This document shows, piece after piece, positions 19,181-28,296 of a DNA stretch of 64,000 bases (positions are counted from its first letter, which is position 1; every line of letters starts with the position of its first letter). The notes beneath the pieces were generated by a model. The model saw only the letters and a program-made list of their open reading frames with translations, searched no databases and had not been told where the DNA came from. Source of the stretch: Vicinamibacterales bacterium. GTDB taxonomy: Bacteria > Acidobacteriota > Vicinamibacteria > Vicinamibacterales > UBA8438. A program made the translations under genes and the position numbers. The stretch covers positions 3,464,383 through 3,528,382 of the forward strand of contig CBDEVO010000003.1 of assembly GCA_965243615.1 (NCBI GenBank), given 5' to 3'.

Positions 19181-21223
19181 CTACTCGGGCAGGGCCAGCG
19201 CGATGAGCTCGGGCACCGGCGAGCCGCCGACCGTCAGGGCGATGTACTGCCGGCCGTCGAGCAGATAGGTCATCGGGGTGCCGATCGCTCCGCGCGGGAT
19301 GTCGACCGACGCCAGTTCCCCGCCGGTGGCCTTGTCGACCGCGAGGAGGCGGGGGCCGCCCGACGACCCGCCGGTGGTCAACGCGTAGATGAGCAGGGTC
19401 GGGGTCACCAGCGGCCCGCTGCGGCTGTGGTCGCCGCCCACCGGCGGCAGGTCGAGGTCGCGCAGCCGCGGGTGGTTCCGCACCCGGTCGCCGTCGCCGA
19501 GCGGGTTCATCCACGCGTGGTCGCCGGTGTTCAGGTCGATGGCGGTCATCCGCGAGTACGGCGGCTTGAACAGGGGCAGGCCCTGGGGCATCGTCGGCGA
19601 CCGGGTGCCGGCCCCGCGCGCCTCGATGATGTTCAGGGTGGCCCCCTCGCCTGGCTCGGGGTCGCGGTAGTTGCGCACGCTGAAGGCGTTGACCGAGGGC
19701 ACGTAGAGCAGGCCCGTCTCGGGGTCGACCCCCGCCCCCGACCAGTTGGCGCCGCCTCCGGCGCTGGGCCGCTGGATGGTCCCGCTGAGGCTCTGCGGCG
19801 TGAACAGGGGCCCGAGCCGGAAGCCGTCCACCGCGTCCATCGCCATCTGTCGGATCTCGGGCGTGAAGTCGGCGAGGTCGTCGATGGTCGCGCCCTGGTA
19901 CTCGAACGGCGCGGGCCGGGTGGGGAAGGGCTGGGTGGGCCAGACCACCTCGCCGGGGATGTCGGTGTCGGTCGGGACCGGCCGCTCTTCGATGGGCCAC
20001 ACCGGCTCGCCGGTGATCCGGTCGAACACGTACAGGAACCCCTGCTTGCTCACCTGGGCCAGCGCCTTGATCGGGCGGCCGTCCACCTCGATGTCGACGA
20101 GGTTCGGCGCGGCGGGGAAGTCGTAGTCCCACAGCCCGTGGTGCACAGCCTGGAAGTGCCACTCGCGCTGGCCGGTCTCGATGTCGAGCGCCACCACGCT
20201 CTCCGCGAAGAGGTTCTCACCCGGGCGGTGCCCGCCGTAGTAGTCGGGGGCGGGGGTGTTGGTGGGCAGGTACACGAGGCCCAGCTCCGGGTCGGCGCTC
20301 ATCATCGTCCACACCCCGACCTTGCCGGTGACCCGCCACGAGTCGCCGCCCCAGGTGTCGTTGCCGAACTCGTCGCCCTGGGGAATGGTGTGGAACGTCC
20401 ACTTCGTGCGGCCCGAATGGACGTCGAACCCCCGCATCCACCCCGGCGGGGCCTCCCGCGTGATGTTGTACGACGAGATGGACGACGGGGTGATGATGGT
20501 GTCGCCGACCACCAGGGGCGGCGACTGCACCGAGTAGAGCAGGGCGTTCAGCCAGTCGCGGTCGCCGCGGCCCGCGCGGGGGATGTCGCGGGTCAGGTCG
20601 ACGCGTCCGTTCTCGCCGAAGTCCGGGCACGGCCGCCCGGTGGCCGCGTCCACGCAGAGCAGGAAACCGTTGCTCGTGCCCCAGAAGACGCGCTCGGCCG
20701 ACCCGTCGCTCCAGTAGGCGACGCCGCGCTGGTTCCACCGCGCGGTCATGGTGGTGGTGCCGGCCTCGTAGGTCTTCGGGTTGTAGACCCACAGGGTCTC
20801 CCCGGTGGCGGCGTCGACGGCGGCCCCCTGCGAGGTCGGCATGTTGATGAACAGCCGGCCGCCGACCATCAGCGGCGTCGCCTTGAGGTTGTTCGTGTAG
20901 GGCGCCTGGCGGTCGCGCCATCGCTCGGGGTCGGCCGCGTCGAGCGCGCCGAAGATGACGTCCGACCGCGCCCGCCACTCGCCCCCGCCGGGAGTGGTCA
21001 TGCTGACCCAGGCGTCGGCCGACTGCCAGCGCCAGGCGATCTCGAGGTCGCCGAAGTTGCCGGCGTCGATCTGATCGAGGGGCGAGTACTTGGTGCTGCC
21101 GAGGTCGCCCCCGTAGGTGGGCCACTCGCCGTTGGCCGGCGCCCCCTGTTGCGCCGCCGCCGTCGGCGCGGCCATCAGCGCCGCGGCCAGCATCCAGCCG
21201 ATCGGGTGAGCCCTTCGCGTCAT
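19181..21223 (-). CDS. PQQ-dependent (glucose/quinate-type) dehydrogenase
   Basis: WPTYGGDLGSTKYSPLDQI, HHGLWDYD, PPYSRMTAIDL, PMTY..GRQYI; signal peptide. Confidence 0.92.
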   Translation of the reverse strand: MTRRAHPIGWMLAAALMAAPTAAAQQGAPANGEWPTYGGDLGSTKYSPLDQIDAGNFGDLEIAWRWQSADAWVSMTTPGGGEWRARSDVIFGALDAADPERWRDRQAPYTNNLKATPLMVGGRLFINMPTSQGAAVDAATGETLWVYNPKTYEAGTTTMTARWNQRGVAYWSDGSAERVFWGTSNGFLLCVDAATGRPCPDFGENGRVDLTRDIPRAGRGDRDWLNALLYSVQSPPLVVGDTIITPSSISSYNITREAPPGWMRGFDVHSGRTKWTFHTIPQGDEFGNDTWGGDSWRVTGKVGVWTMMSADPELGLVYLPTNTPAPDYYGGHRPGENLFAESVVALDIETGQREWHFQAVHHGLWDYDFPAAPNLVDIEVDGRPIKALAQVSKQGFLYVFDRITGEPVWPIEERPVPTDTDIPGEVVWPTQPFPTRPAPFEYQGATIDDLADFTPEIRQMAMDAVDGFRLGPLFTPQSLSGTIQRPSAGGGANWSGAGVDPETGLLYVPSVNAFSVRNYRDPEPGEGATLNIIEARGAGTRSPTMPQGLPLFKPPYSRMTAIDLNTGDHAWMNPLGDGDRVRNHPRLRDLDLPPVGGDHSRSGPLVTPTLLIYALTTGGSSGGPRLLAVDKATGGELASVDIPRGAIGTPMTYLLDGRQYIALTVGGSPVPELIALALPE

Positions 21224-21402
21224 CGTCGTCGCTCCTCGCAGGTGTCGAACCGCGTCGCCGAAGTGCACAAATGATACCGCTACCCGCCGCCTCGGCGGGC
21301 AAGGCCGGTCGGCCGGAGGGTGACAAAGGCGCCGCCTTCGGGGCAGCGTGGTGAAGAGGAAGCGACTGCGGCGCGTCCCGGCGCGGACGCCTCGATGTTC
21401 CA

Positions 21403-21602
21403 TTGGGCGGCCATCGGAGCCGACAGGTGACGATTTCCGGGACAGGAGTGTGCGGCGTGCAACGATGCGGATTCCCGCAGGTTGGGCGGTCTTCGGAGCC
21501 GTCAGGCGACGGTTTCCGGGGCAGGAGTGTGCGGCGTGTTGCGACGCGCACTTCTGCAGGTTCGGGTCTGGTGGCCAAGCGGAGCCGCAGGGCACGAATC
21601 CG
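21403..21602 (+). repeat. Tandem array (period 79, ~2.5 units) of the ~80-bp dispersed repeat
   Basis: Units start at 21403 and 21482 (TTGGGCGG..TCGGAGCCG.CAGG.GACG.TTTCCGGG.CAGGAGTGTGCGGCGTG), with a partial third unit at 21568. Confidence 0.85.
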
Positions 21603-21620
21603 CGCTAGAATGGCCGGGCC

Positions 21621-22442
21621 ATGCCCGAACGGATCCACGGTCGGCGGGCCCTGGCGGCGGCGGGGGTCGCCACCGCGGTGGTGATCGGCGCGGTGCTGGG
21701 CGCTGCGGCGCTGGAGGGACGTGCGGGAGTCGGGCAGCAGGACTGGCGGCCGGCGTCCGAGACCTGGCACTGGGTGCTCCCCGCGCAGCACGACGGGGTC
21801 GAAGTGGTCGAGCTGCATCCCGGCGACTGCTACGTGATCCGGCAGGTCGACGGCATGGTGTACTTCGGCGAGCCGCCACCCGACGTCCTCGAACTCCAGG
21901 CCCGGCTCGGCGATCCGATCGTGCATCGCGTCGAGGAGGTCGGCGACCATCCCGAGTGCCGGGAGTGCCTCGCGATGTCGCGGCTGACGCAGGCCATCGT
22001 GAACCGGCTCGTCGAGGCCGGCGACCGGCGCTCCATGCGCCGGGCCAACCACCGGCCGTCGCCCCTCGACGACATGCGGGGCGGCGCGTACACCGACGTG
22101 GGGTCCCCGGATCGCCCGCGCTACCGCCAGACCCGCGAGCAGCGCATGGCGTACCTGCACCTGCAGACCGCCGCACGGGACAACTGCTACGCCGCCCAAG
22201 TGCCGCGGACGCTGACGATTCACATCCGGGACCGGCAGCACCGCCCCGACCGCACCGGGTTCTACAGCGGCTATCTCTATCTGGAACACCACCACGCGCC
22301 GGCCCCGGGGCGGGTGGCCAGGAGTCTGCGCCTTGGAACGGTGCGGTTTCCCGGGGGATTGACTGGGCGGCAGGCGGAACCGCAAGGCGACGCTTTCACG
22401 GCCCGCAACGAGCGCGTTCTATTGGAGGCGAACCACCGATGA
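21621..22442 (+). CDS. Hypothetical exported/membrane-anchored protein
   Basis: N-terminal hydrophobic segment, CRECL motif, -10-like TAGAAT at 21606, ATGA overlap with the next gene. Confidence 0.65.
   Translation: MPERIHGRRALAAAGVATAVVIGAVLGAAALEGRAGVGQQDWRPASETWHWVLPAQHDGVEVVELHPGDCYVIRQVDGMVYFGEPPPDVLELQARLGDPIVHRVEEVGDHPECRECLAMSRLTQAIVNRLVEAGDRRSMRRANHRPSPLDDMRGGAYTDVGSPDRPRYRQTREQRMAYLHLQTAARDNCYAAQVPRTLTIHIRDRQHRPDRTGFYSGYLYLEHHHAPAPGRVARSLRLGTVRFPGGLTGRQAEPQGDAFTARNERVLLEANHR
22315..22395 (+). repeat. Copy of the ~80-bp dispersed repeat, in frame in the 3' end of ORF 21621-22442
   Basis: 62/81 identity to 2062-2142. Confidence 0.8.
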
Positions 22443-23503
22443 AACGACTTCTGATGACCCTCTCCATCGTCGCCCTGGCCGTGTTCGCGGCCCAGTGGCA
22501 GACCCGCGTCGCCGCTCTGCAGAGCCCCGACGGCAGCCCCAGCCACCGCTTCGAGGAGCTCGCCGACGGGGTCTGGTTCGCCATCGCCTCCGGGTCGATG
22601 ACGGTCATGAGCAACTCGCTCGTCATCATCAACGACGACCACGTCATGATCGTCGACACCGCGGTGACCCCCGCCGCCGCGCGCGGGCTCCTCGAGGGCA
22701 TCGCGACCCTGACCGACAAGCCCGTCCGCTACGTCTTCAACACCCACTACCACTTCGACCACGCGCACGGTAACCAGATCTTCGGCGACGACGTGGAGAT
22801 CATCGGCCACGACTTCGTGCGTACGATGCTGTCGTCCGACGTCCTCAGCCAGCGCACCAACCGCTCGTTCACCGAGGTCATCCCCGGCCGGATCGAGCAG
22901 CGGAAGGCGGAGATCGCGGCGACGGAGGACGCGGCGGAGCGGGCGCGGCTGGAGACCCAGCTCCGCATCCAGGAGGCCCACTGGGAGGCCCTGCAGGAGA
23001 CGGTGCCGACCCCCCCGAACCTGACCTACAGCGACACCATGACCCTGGTGAAGGGCGGCCGCGAGGTGCAGCTCCACTTCCCCGGGCCCGGCCACACCGG
23101 CGGCGACACCCTGGTGTTCCTGCCCGAGGAGCGCATCGTGTTCACCGGCGATTTCTTCGTCGGCCGCCCCGGCGGCCACGGCCTGCCCTACATGGGCGAC
23201 GGCTACGTCGAGGAGTGGCCGGCCTCGCTGGACCGGCTGAAGGCGCTGGAGTTCGACGTCATGGTGCCCGGCCACGGCACGCCGTTCACCGAGCGCGAGC
23301 AGATCGACCACCTGCAGGCGTATCTCCGCGACCTGAACCGGCAGGTCAACGACCTGTACGCCGAGGGCGTCTCCGCCCAGAGCGCGGCCCGGCGCGTGGA
23401 CCTCGGCGCCCATACGCAGCACTACGGCCCGAACGCGGCGCGGCCCGACCCGCGCGCGGTCGTACGAATGTACGAGCGGCTGCAGATCAAGTACCCGCGG
23501 TAG
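22439..23503 (+). CDS. Secreted MBL-fold metallo-hydrolase (cyclase-like)
   Basis: NTHYHFDHAHGN, GHTGGD, FTGD, PGHG; signal peptide. Confidence 0.9.
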   Translation: MKRLLMTLSIVALAVFAAQWQTRVAALQSPDGSPSHRFEELADGVWFAIASGSMTVMSNSLVIINDDHVMIVDTAVTPAAARGLLEGIATLTDKPVRYVFNTHYHFDHAHGNQIFGDDVEIIGHDFVRTMLSSDVLSQRTNRSFTEVIPGRIEQRKAEIAATEDAAERARLETQLRIQEAHWEALQETVPTPPNLTYSDTMTLVKGGREVQLHFPGPGHTGGDTLVFLPEERIVFTGDFFVGRPGGHGLPYMGDGYVEEWPASLDRLKALEFDVMVPGHGTPFTEREQIDHLQAYLRDLNRQVNDLYAEGVSAQSAARRVDLGAHTQHYGPNAARPDPRAVVRMYERLQIKYPR

Positions 23504-23687
23504 AGTTGGAGGAGGACAAGGCAGCGGCGCAGAAGGGCCTGCACGGCGCCGACAGTGGTCCCACTCTCGGTGGAGACCAGAAGCACGGAGCGTCTACGGG
23601 GACGAGTTGCGGCGGCGGATGAGCCGTTCTCGACTCCGTTGTGGCGACCGCGGACTATCGGGACGACAGTCAGAGGTCGGCACGACC

Positions 23688-23987
23688 GTGTTCCAGCACC
23701 ACGTTTCCTGGGATCCGGTCAAGGCACGGAGGAACCATGGCAAGCACGGCGTCACGTTCGATCTGGCCGCCACCGTTCTCAACGATCCGCTCGCCCTGTC
23801 GGTTCCGGACGAGGATCACAGCGCGACCGAGGAACGTTGGCTGACCCTCGGTCAGGCCGCCAACGGGGCTCTGCTCGTGGTTGTTCATACCTACCAGGAG
23901 GTCGGCGTCGATGCCGCCGTCGTTCGCATCATCTCCGCACGAAGGGCAGGGAAACGCGAGCGCAGGCAGTATGAGTCGAAGGAATGA
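23688..23987 (+). CDS. brnT: BrnT-family ribonuclease toxin
   Basis: WDPVKARRNHGKHGVTF...EERWLTLG...VRIISARRA. Confidence 0.9.
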   Translation: MFQHHVSWDPVKARRNHGKHGVTFDLAATVLNDPLALSVPDEDHSATEERWLTLGQAANGALLVVVHTYQEVGVDAAVVRIISARRAGKRERRQYESKE

Positions 23988-24778
23988 AACCAGAATACGA
24001 CTTCTCCAGGGGGGAGCGCGGCAAGTTCTTTCGCAGGGCGGCCCGGTTGATTCTGCCTGACAGCGACCACGGGTCCACGGGAACGAAGCCTGACTACGTG
24101 TTTCCCGACGCTGCCGAGCGAGTACCTGACGAAGTCCGCAACGGGCTGGAAAAACTGGCGACCACCGTGAACAGCAGTCCGCGTTGCCTGCGGTTCGTGG
24201 AGAAGTCCGTCCGATCACGGTGGCAGCACCTGCTTCACGAATGGGAGCTGGAGGAGGACATTCCCCTGCTTGTGAGAAAAGCATCGAAGGAGCGGGGGTC
24301 GGTCGTCATTCATGAATCGGGCCGAAAACTCGTTCGGTGCGACAATTCGCCGGCGCATTGGGGGTGCTGGCTGGCTGTCGCTGGCAGGACGCCGAGCATC
24401 GCCCAGGTTCGCGAGTGGTTCGAACGCGACGAGATTCCGGTGGCGATGGCGTTCGAGCGGGAAGAACGCAAGAAGGCGCAGTACCGGTGCCCGCTGGGAA
24501 AATACAGCGTGAATGAGCGTGGGTGGAAGTTGTGTCACGTCGAGCCTGTGGGGATGAGAGTCCGTGTCCCTCTGCAACGGATTCCCATCGAGCAGGTGCT
24601 CGCCGCATTCCGCAACCTTCTGGATCCGGCCAACTACTTCCTGTTGGCGAAGTCGTTGGGCGGATTGGGGGAGGTGCAGGCCTTCCAGCAGGGCGTGTTG
24701 CGTTCCGGCGAGGGAACGGACGAGCGCACCGTACCTCCGCGAGGCCAGGGGAATCGTTCAGGGCGACGCCTCCACTAG
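23984..24778 (+). CDS. BrnA-like N-terminus fused to an unknown, possibly HNH-like domain
   Basis: MKPEYDFSRGERGKF BrnA-type start overlapping the brnT stop; C-terminal WKLCHVEP...NLLDPANYFLL; lower GC. Confidence 0.65.
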   Translation: MKPEYDFSRGERGKFFRRAARLILPDSDHGSTGTKPDYVFPDAAERVPDEVRNGLEKLATTVNSSPRCLRFVEKSVRSRWQHLLHEWELEEDIPLLVRKASKERGSVVIHESGRKLVRCDNSPAHWGCWLAVAGRTPSIAQVREWFERDEIPVAMAFEREERKKAQYRCPLGKYSVNERGWKLCHVEPVGMRVRVPLQRIPIEQVLAAFRNLLDPANYFLLAKSLGGLGEVQAFQQGVLRSGEGTDERTVPPRGQGNRSGRRLH

Positions 24779-26239
24779 CCGCGTGAATGCCGCCTGGAGC
24801 GCGGACTGAGCTTCGGCGAGGCGTGCGCGCGTATCGCGCAGCCACCCCCGGCTGGCATCGGCGCGCTCGCGGCCCGCCTCGAGCATGCGCGTCACCTCCG
24901 CCGCCTGCGGCCCGCCGAGGCCTCGCCGGCTCGCCACCATCTGCTCGGGGTCGAGCGCGGCCTGTATCAGGGTCACGTCGACGGGCAACGGCTCGCCGTA
25001 GGCTTCGTCGTACAGGTGCCGCAGCTCGTCGGCGGTCAACTCCTTCGGGCGCTTGCCTTGCGCGCGGCCGTACTCCGTGATCTCCGACGCGTAGTGGTGG
25101 CCGATGCGGAACGGCACGCCGGCGTGCCGCAGCAGCGTGTCGGCGACCTCGGTCATCGTCGCGTAGTCGGCGTCGACTTCGGCAAGCGACCGCGCGGGGT
25201 CGACCACCAGCCCGTTCACGACGCGCGCGTAGACCCGGTACATCTCCGCCGCCTTGGCGATGGTCTCGAGAAGCTGGTCGGGGGCGCGGTAGTCGGCCAT
25301 GCCCGTCGACGTGTTGTGCGCGGCGAGGAACACCGTCTGCGCGTCGCCGATCACGGTGCTCGCCAGCCGCCGGAGCGTCGCCATGATGACGGGGTTCCGC
25401 TTCTGCGGCATGATGCTGCTGACCCCGGTGAGCGAGCGGTCGAGGAGCAGCCACGGCGCCGGGTCGTGGTACTGGACGTGCACGTCCTCCATGAGCTGGC
25501 CGATCGACAGGGCGGAGATCGCGAGGGTCGAGGCGACCTCCGTCTTCGAGTCGACCGACGAGACGTGGTTGGCGTCGTAGGCGTTCTCGACGACGCTGTC
25601 GAACCCCAGCAGCTCGGCGAGGCGCCCGCGGTCGAGGGGGAACCCGGAGGTGGCGAGGGCGGCGGCCCCGAGGGGGCTGCGGTTCACCCGCGCGAAGGCC
25701 TCCTCCAGCCGCTCGGCGTCGCGGTCGAGAGCGGCGGCGAAGGCCAGCAGGTAGTGGGCCAGCGACGTCGGCTGCGCCTGCACGCCGTGGGTGTAGGCGG
25801 GGATGATTGTGGCGGTGTGCTGCGCGGCCAGGTCGAGCAGCGCATCGCGCGGCGCGAGCAGGGCCTCGTAGGCCTCGAGCAGGGCCCTGCGGATGGCGAG
25901 GCGCCGGAAGGTCGAGCCGATGTCCTGCCGGCTCCGGCCGGTGTGGAGCCGCGACGCGTCGCGGCCCGCGACCTCGACGAGGCGCGCCTCGAAGTCGAGG
26001 TAGTCGGACGAGCGCGGCGCGCCCGGCTCGTCCTGCCCGGCGACGACCGCCGCAATGCCGCGGGCGATCTCCGCCGCCATCGGCTCGGGAACCAGGCCGA
26101 CCTCGGCCAGCATGACGATGGACGCCTTGTTGATCTCGCCGAGATGGTGAAAGTCGTCCTGCACGGGCTGCGCCGCCGCTGGGGCGGCGCCGAGCGCCAT
26201 GCCGAGTCCCATCGCCGCCGCGAGCTGACCACGTGACAT
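24758..26239 (-). CDS. Argininosuccinate lyase-family protein with N-terminal signal peptide
   Basis: LHTGRSRQD, YTHGVQAQP, SSIMPQKRNP, PFRIGH; N-terminus AAAMGLGMALGAAPAAA-Q. Confidence 0.85.
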   Translation of the reverse strand: MSRGQLAAAMGLGMALGAAPAAAQPVQDDFHHLGEINKASIVMLAEVGLVPEPMAAEIARGIAAVVAGQDEPGAPRSSDYLDFEARLVEVAGRDASRLHTGRSRQDIGSTFRRLAIRRALLEAYEALLAPRDALLDLAAQHTATIIPAYTHGVQAQPTSLAHYLLAFAAALDRDAERLEEAFARVNRSPLGAAALATSGFPLDRGRLAELLGFDSVVENAYDANHVSSVDSKTEVASTLAISALSIGQLMEDVHVQYHDPAPWLLLDRSLTGVSSIMPQKRNPVIMATLRRLASTVIGDAQTVFLAAHNTSTGMADYRAPDQLLETIAKAAEMYRVYARVVNGLVVDPARSLAEVDADYATMTEVADTLLRHAGVPFRIGHHYASEITEYGRAQGKRPKELTADELRHLYDEAYGEPLPVDVTLIQAALDPEQMVASRRGLGGPQAAEVTRMLEAGRERADASRGWLRDTRARLAEAQSALQAAFTRLVEASP

Positions 26240-26287
26240 CGCAAATCCTCCCGAACCCGGGCGCGCTGGCGTCTTCCGCCGGGCTTA

Positions 26288-26336
26288 ACTCATCAGTTTC
26301 AAGAAAATTGATGAACATTGGTGATGGTTCATCAAT
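26288..26336. promoter_or_regulatory. Three-box site, left of fic (CATCAGTT-N7-AATTGATG-N16-CATCAAT)
   Basis: AT-rich palindromic boxes with the same geometry, inverted, as 28047-28092. Confidence 0.7.
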
Positions 26337-26603
26337 CCGCCGCCGCAGCCGGCGCCCGTGACTCCTCCATCGGGGTCACCGACGGCAGTTAGTGATGCGC
26401 CGGCCGGGCGTCGTCGCCGCGGAGCCGGCCGGGCGTCTGTGGCCGGCACCATCGCGGCGTCGATAGAGGTTGATATACCACAGAGCGCGTCGCGACGTGG
26501 TCGCCGGCAGAACGCGACGCCTGCCACTCGCATCACGCGTCGCCGCCGTCTCGCCGGCGACGGACGACCGCGAAACAGCTACCGGGCACCCGATGGAGTC
26601 GGC

Positions 26604-27950
26604 TCATTCGGCCGGGGCGGGCGATTCCAGTCGGGTCTCGAGGTCGGCCGGTACGCGAAAGACATGGGTGCGCCGGCCCATCCGCCGCTGCTCCAGGAGC
26701 CCGAGCTCGGCGAGCCGGAACAGATCGGCGCGGGCCGTCGCGTAGGCGACGTCGTGACTCGTCTGGTGCGACCGGGTCGTGTACTCGGCATCCGGGTGCC
26801 GAACGGCATGGGCCAGCAGCGCGAGCTGGCGGTGGTTCAGGTCGGTCGAACGCTCGATCATGCGCTCGACCCGCTGCACCTGCCGGACCTTGGTTTCGAG
26901 GTACGTGTCGAGCTCGTCGATTGCCCGCCGGATCACGTCCACCTGGTGCACGATGAAATAGGTCAGGTCGTTGCCGTCGGTCTCGGTGTGCAGGAACGCC
27001 CGGGCGTACTGCGCCGGCGCCTTCTTGAGAAAACGGCTGATCGAGATGAACTCGAACGGCCAGTAGCCGTGGCGCAACATTGCCCAGTAGAACAGCGCCC
27101 GGGCCGTGCGGCCGTTGCCGTCCTCGAACGGGTGGTCGAAGGCGAGCCAGAAGTGCAGCAGGATGGCGCGAACGACGGGGTGCATGAAGGCGCCGTCGTC
27201 GGCGTCCCGATTCGCGAACTGCACCATCTGGTCCAGGCGTTCGGGAAGCTGTTCCGCCGGCGGCGGGTGGTACAGCACCTGGTCGTCTGCGTCGCCCACC
27301 TCGACGCGGTCGTCCTCCGGCCGCTGCAGACGCCCGGCTGCGGCCGGGTCGCGTAGCGTGTCTGCCGTCAGCGTGACGTGCAGGGTCAGGACTGCGTCGG
27401 CGGTCAGCGGCGACTCCCTCATCGTGCGGATCGCCTGCATGGCCCGGTAGTTGTTCAGGATCATCCGTTCGCTGCGGTCCCGGGGGCGTCGTCCGGATCG
27501 GATCATCCTGGTCGCGGCGGCCCTCGTCGTGGAGGCGCCCTCGAGCTGGCTCGACGTGATGGCCTCGTCGATCAGCGAGTCGACGATGAACCGGTCCCGG
27601 GTCTGCCGGTTGACCACCGTGTCGGCCGTTCCAATCCGCCCGCCGGCCCGGCTGTCGATCCGGTGCAGCGCCTCCTGGACGGGGTCGGGCAGCATGAAGC
27701 GGAACGGCCGTCCGCGCGCGTCGCGCAACGGGACCCGGCGGGACAGGCCGCTCCGGGACAGCCTGATGCCCGTCCACCACTCTTCGCAGCTCAGGTTTGG
27801 GGGCGGGTCGAGCCGGCGCAGCGTGTCCCAGTGGAGATAGCGGCCGTCCACGATCGGGCGGAAGACGTGGTCCATCAACAACGTCGGCAGGCGATCGCGG
27901 TGCCTGTGGAGCAGCTTATCGAGGGGCAACGGCGAGCGTGGTCGCTTCAC
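26604..27950 (-). CDS. Fic-family protein with C-terminal wHTH
   Basis: HPFEDGNGRTAR Fic motif, SSQLEGA inhibitory-helix motif, C-terminal ATARADLFRLAELGLL; start approximate. Confidence 0.9.
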   Translation of the reverse strand: MKRPRSPLPLDKLLHRHRDRLPTLLMDHVFRPIVDGRYLHWDTLRRLDPPPNLSCEEWWTGIRLSRSGLSRRVPLRDARGRPFRFMLPDPVQEALHRIDSRAGGRIGTADTVVNRQTRDRFIVDSLIDEAITSSQLEGASTTRAAATRMIRSGRRPRDRSERMILNNYRAMQAIRTMRESPLTADAVLTLHVTLTADTLRDPAAAGRLQRPEDDRVEVGDADDQVLYHPPPAEQLPERLDQMVQFANRDADDGAFMHPVVRAILLHFWLAFDHPFEDGNGRTARALFYWAMLRHGYWPFEFISISRFLKKAPAQYARAFLHTETDGNDLTYFIVHQVDVIRRAIDELDTYLETKVRQVQRVERMIERSTDLNHRQLALLAHAVRHPDAEYTTRSHQTSHDVAYATARADLFRLAELGLLEQRRMGRRTHVFRVPADLETRLESPAPAE

Positions 27951-28020
27951 GAGTGCATCTCTGGCCTGAGGCGTAGCGGCACTGCCCGCGGTGAACCGGC
28001 ACTGCAACGGCGCAACGACC

Positions 28021-28097
28021 CATCAGTTCATGGGAAACTGATGAGTATTGATGCAACTCTATCACATATCATCAATTCAAAAAAAATTGATGATATG
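28021..28097. promoter_or_regulatory. Two CATCARTT-N7-AAYTGATG palindromes plus an extra box, right of fic
   Basis: CATCAGTT-CATGGGA-AACTGATG (28021-28043); ATTGATG (28047); CATATCATCAATT-CAAAAAA-AATTGATGATATG (28065-28097). Confidence 0.75.
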
Positions 28098-28296
28098 CAT
28101 GGGGTGGTTCGGCTGCGGTACTGGTGACGTGCCGACCGATTCCCGGTCATCGATTCCGTGCCCGGCCCCTACTCGTGCGGCCCGAACGGCGACCGGGCCA
28201 CCCCGCCGCACACGCCGACGATGGGGCGCACGACCCTCCGTCCCACGCCGCCCACCGGCGTACGCGAGGGGAAACGGAGCCGCCGTCGCGAACGCG

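Noticed and set aside
21403-21602. CRISPR array
   Set aside because: Units align along their whole 79-bp length, so there are no unique spacers.
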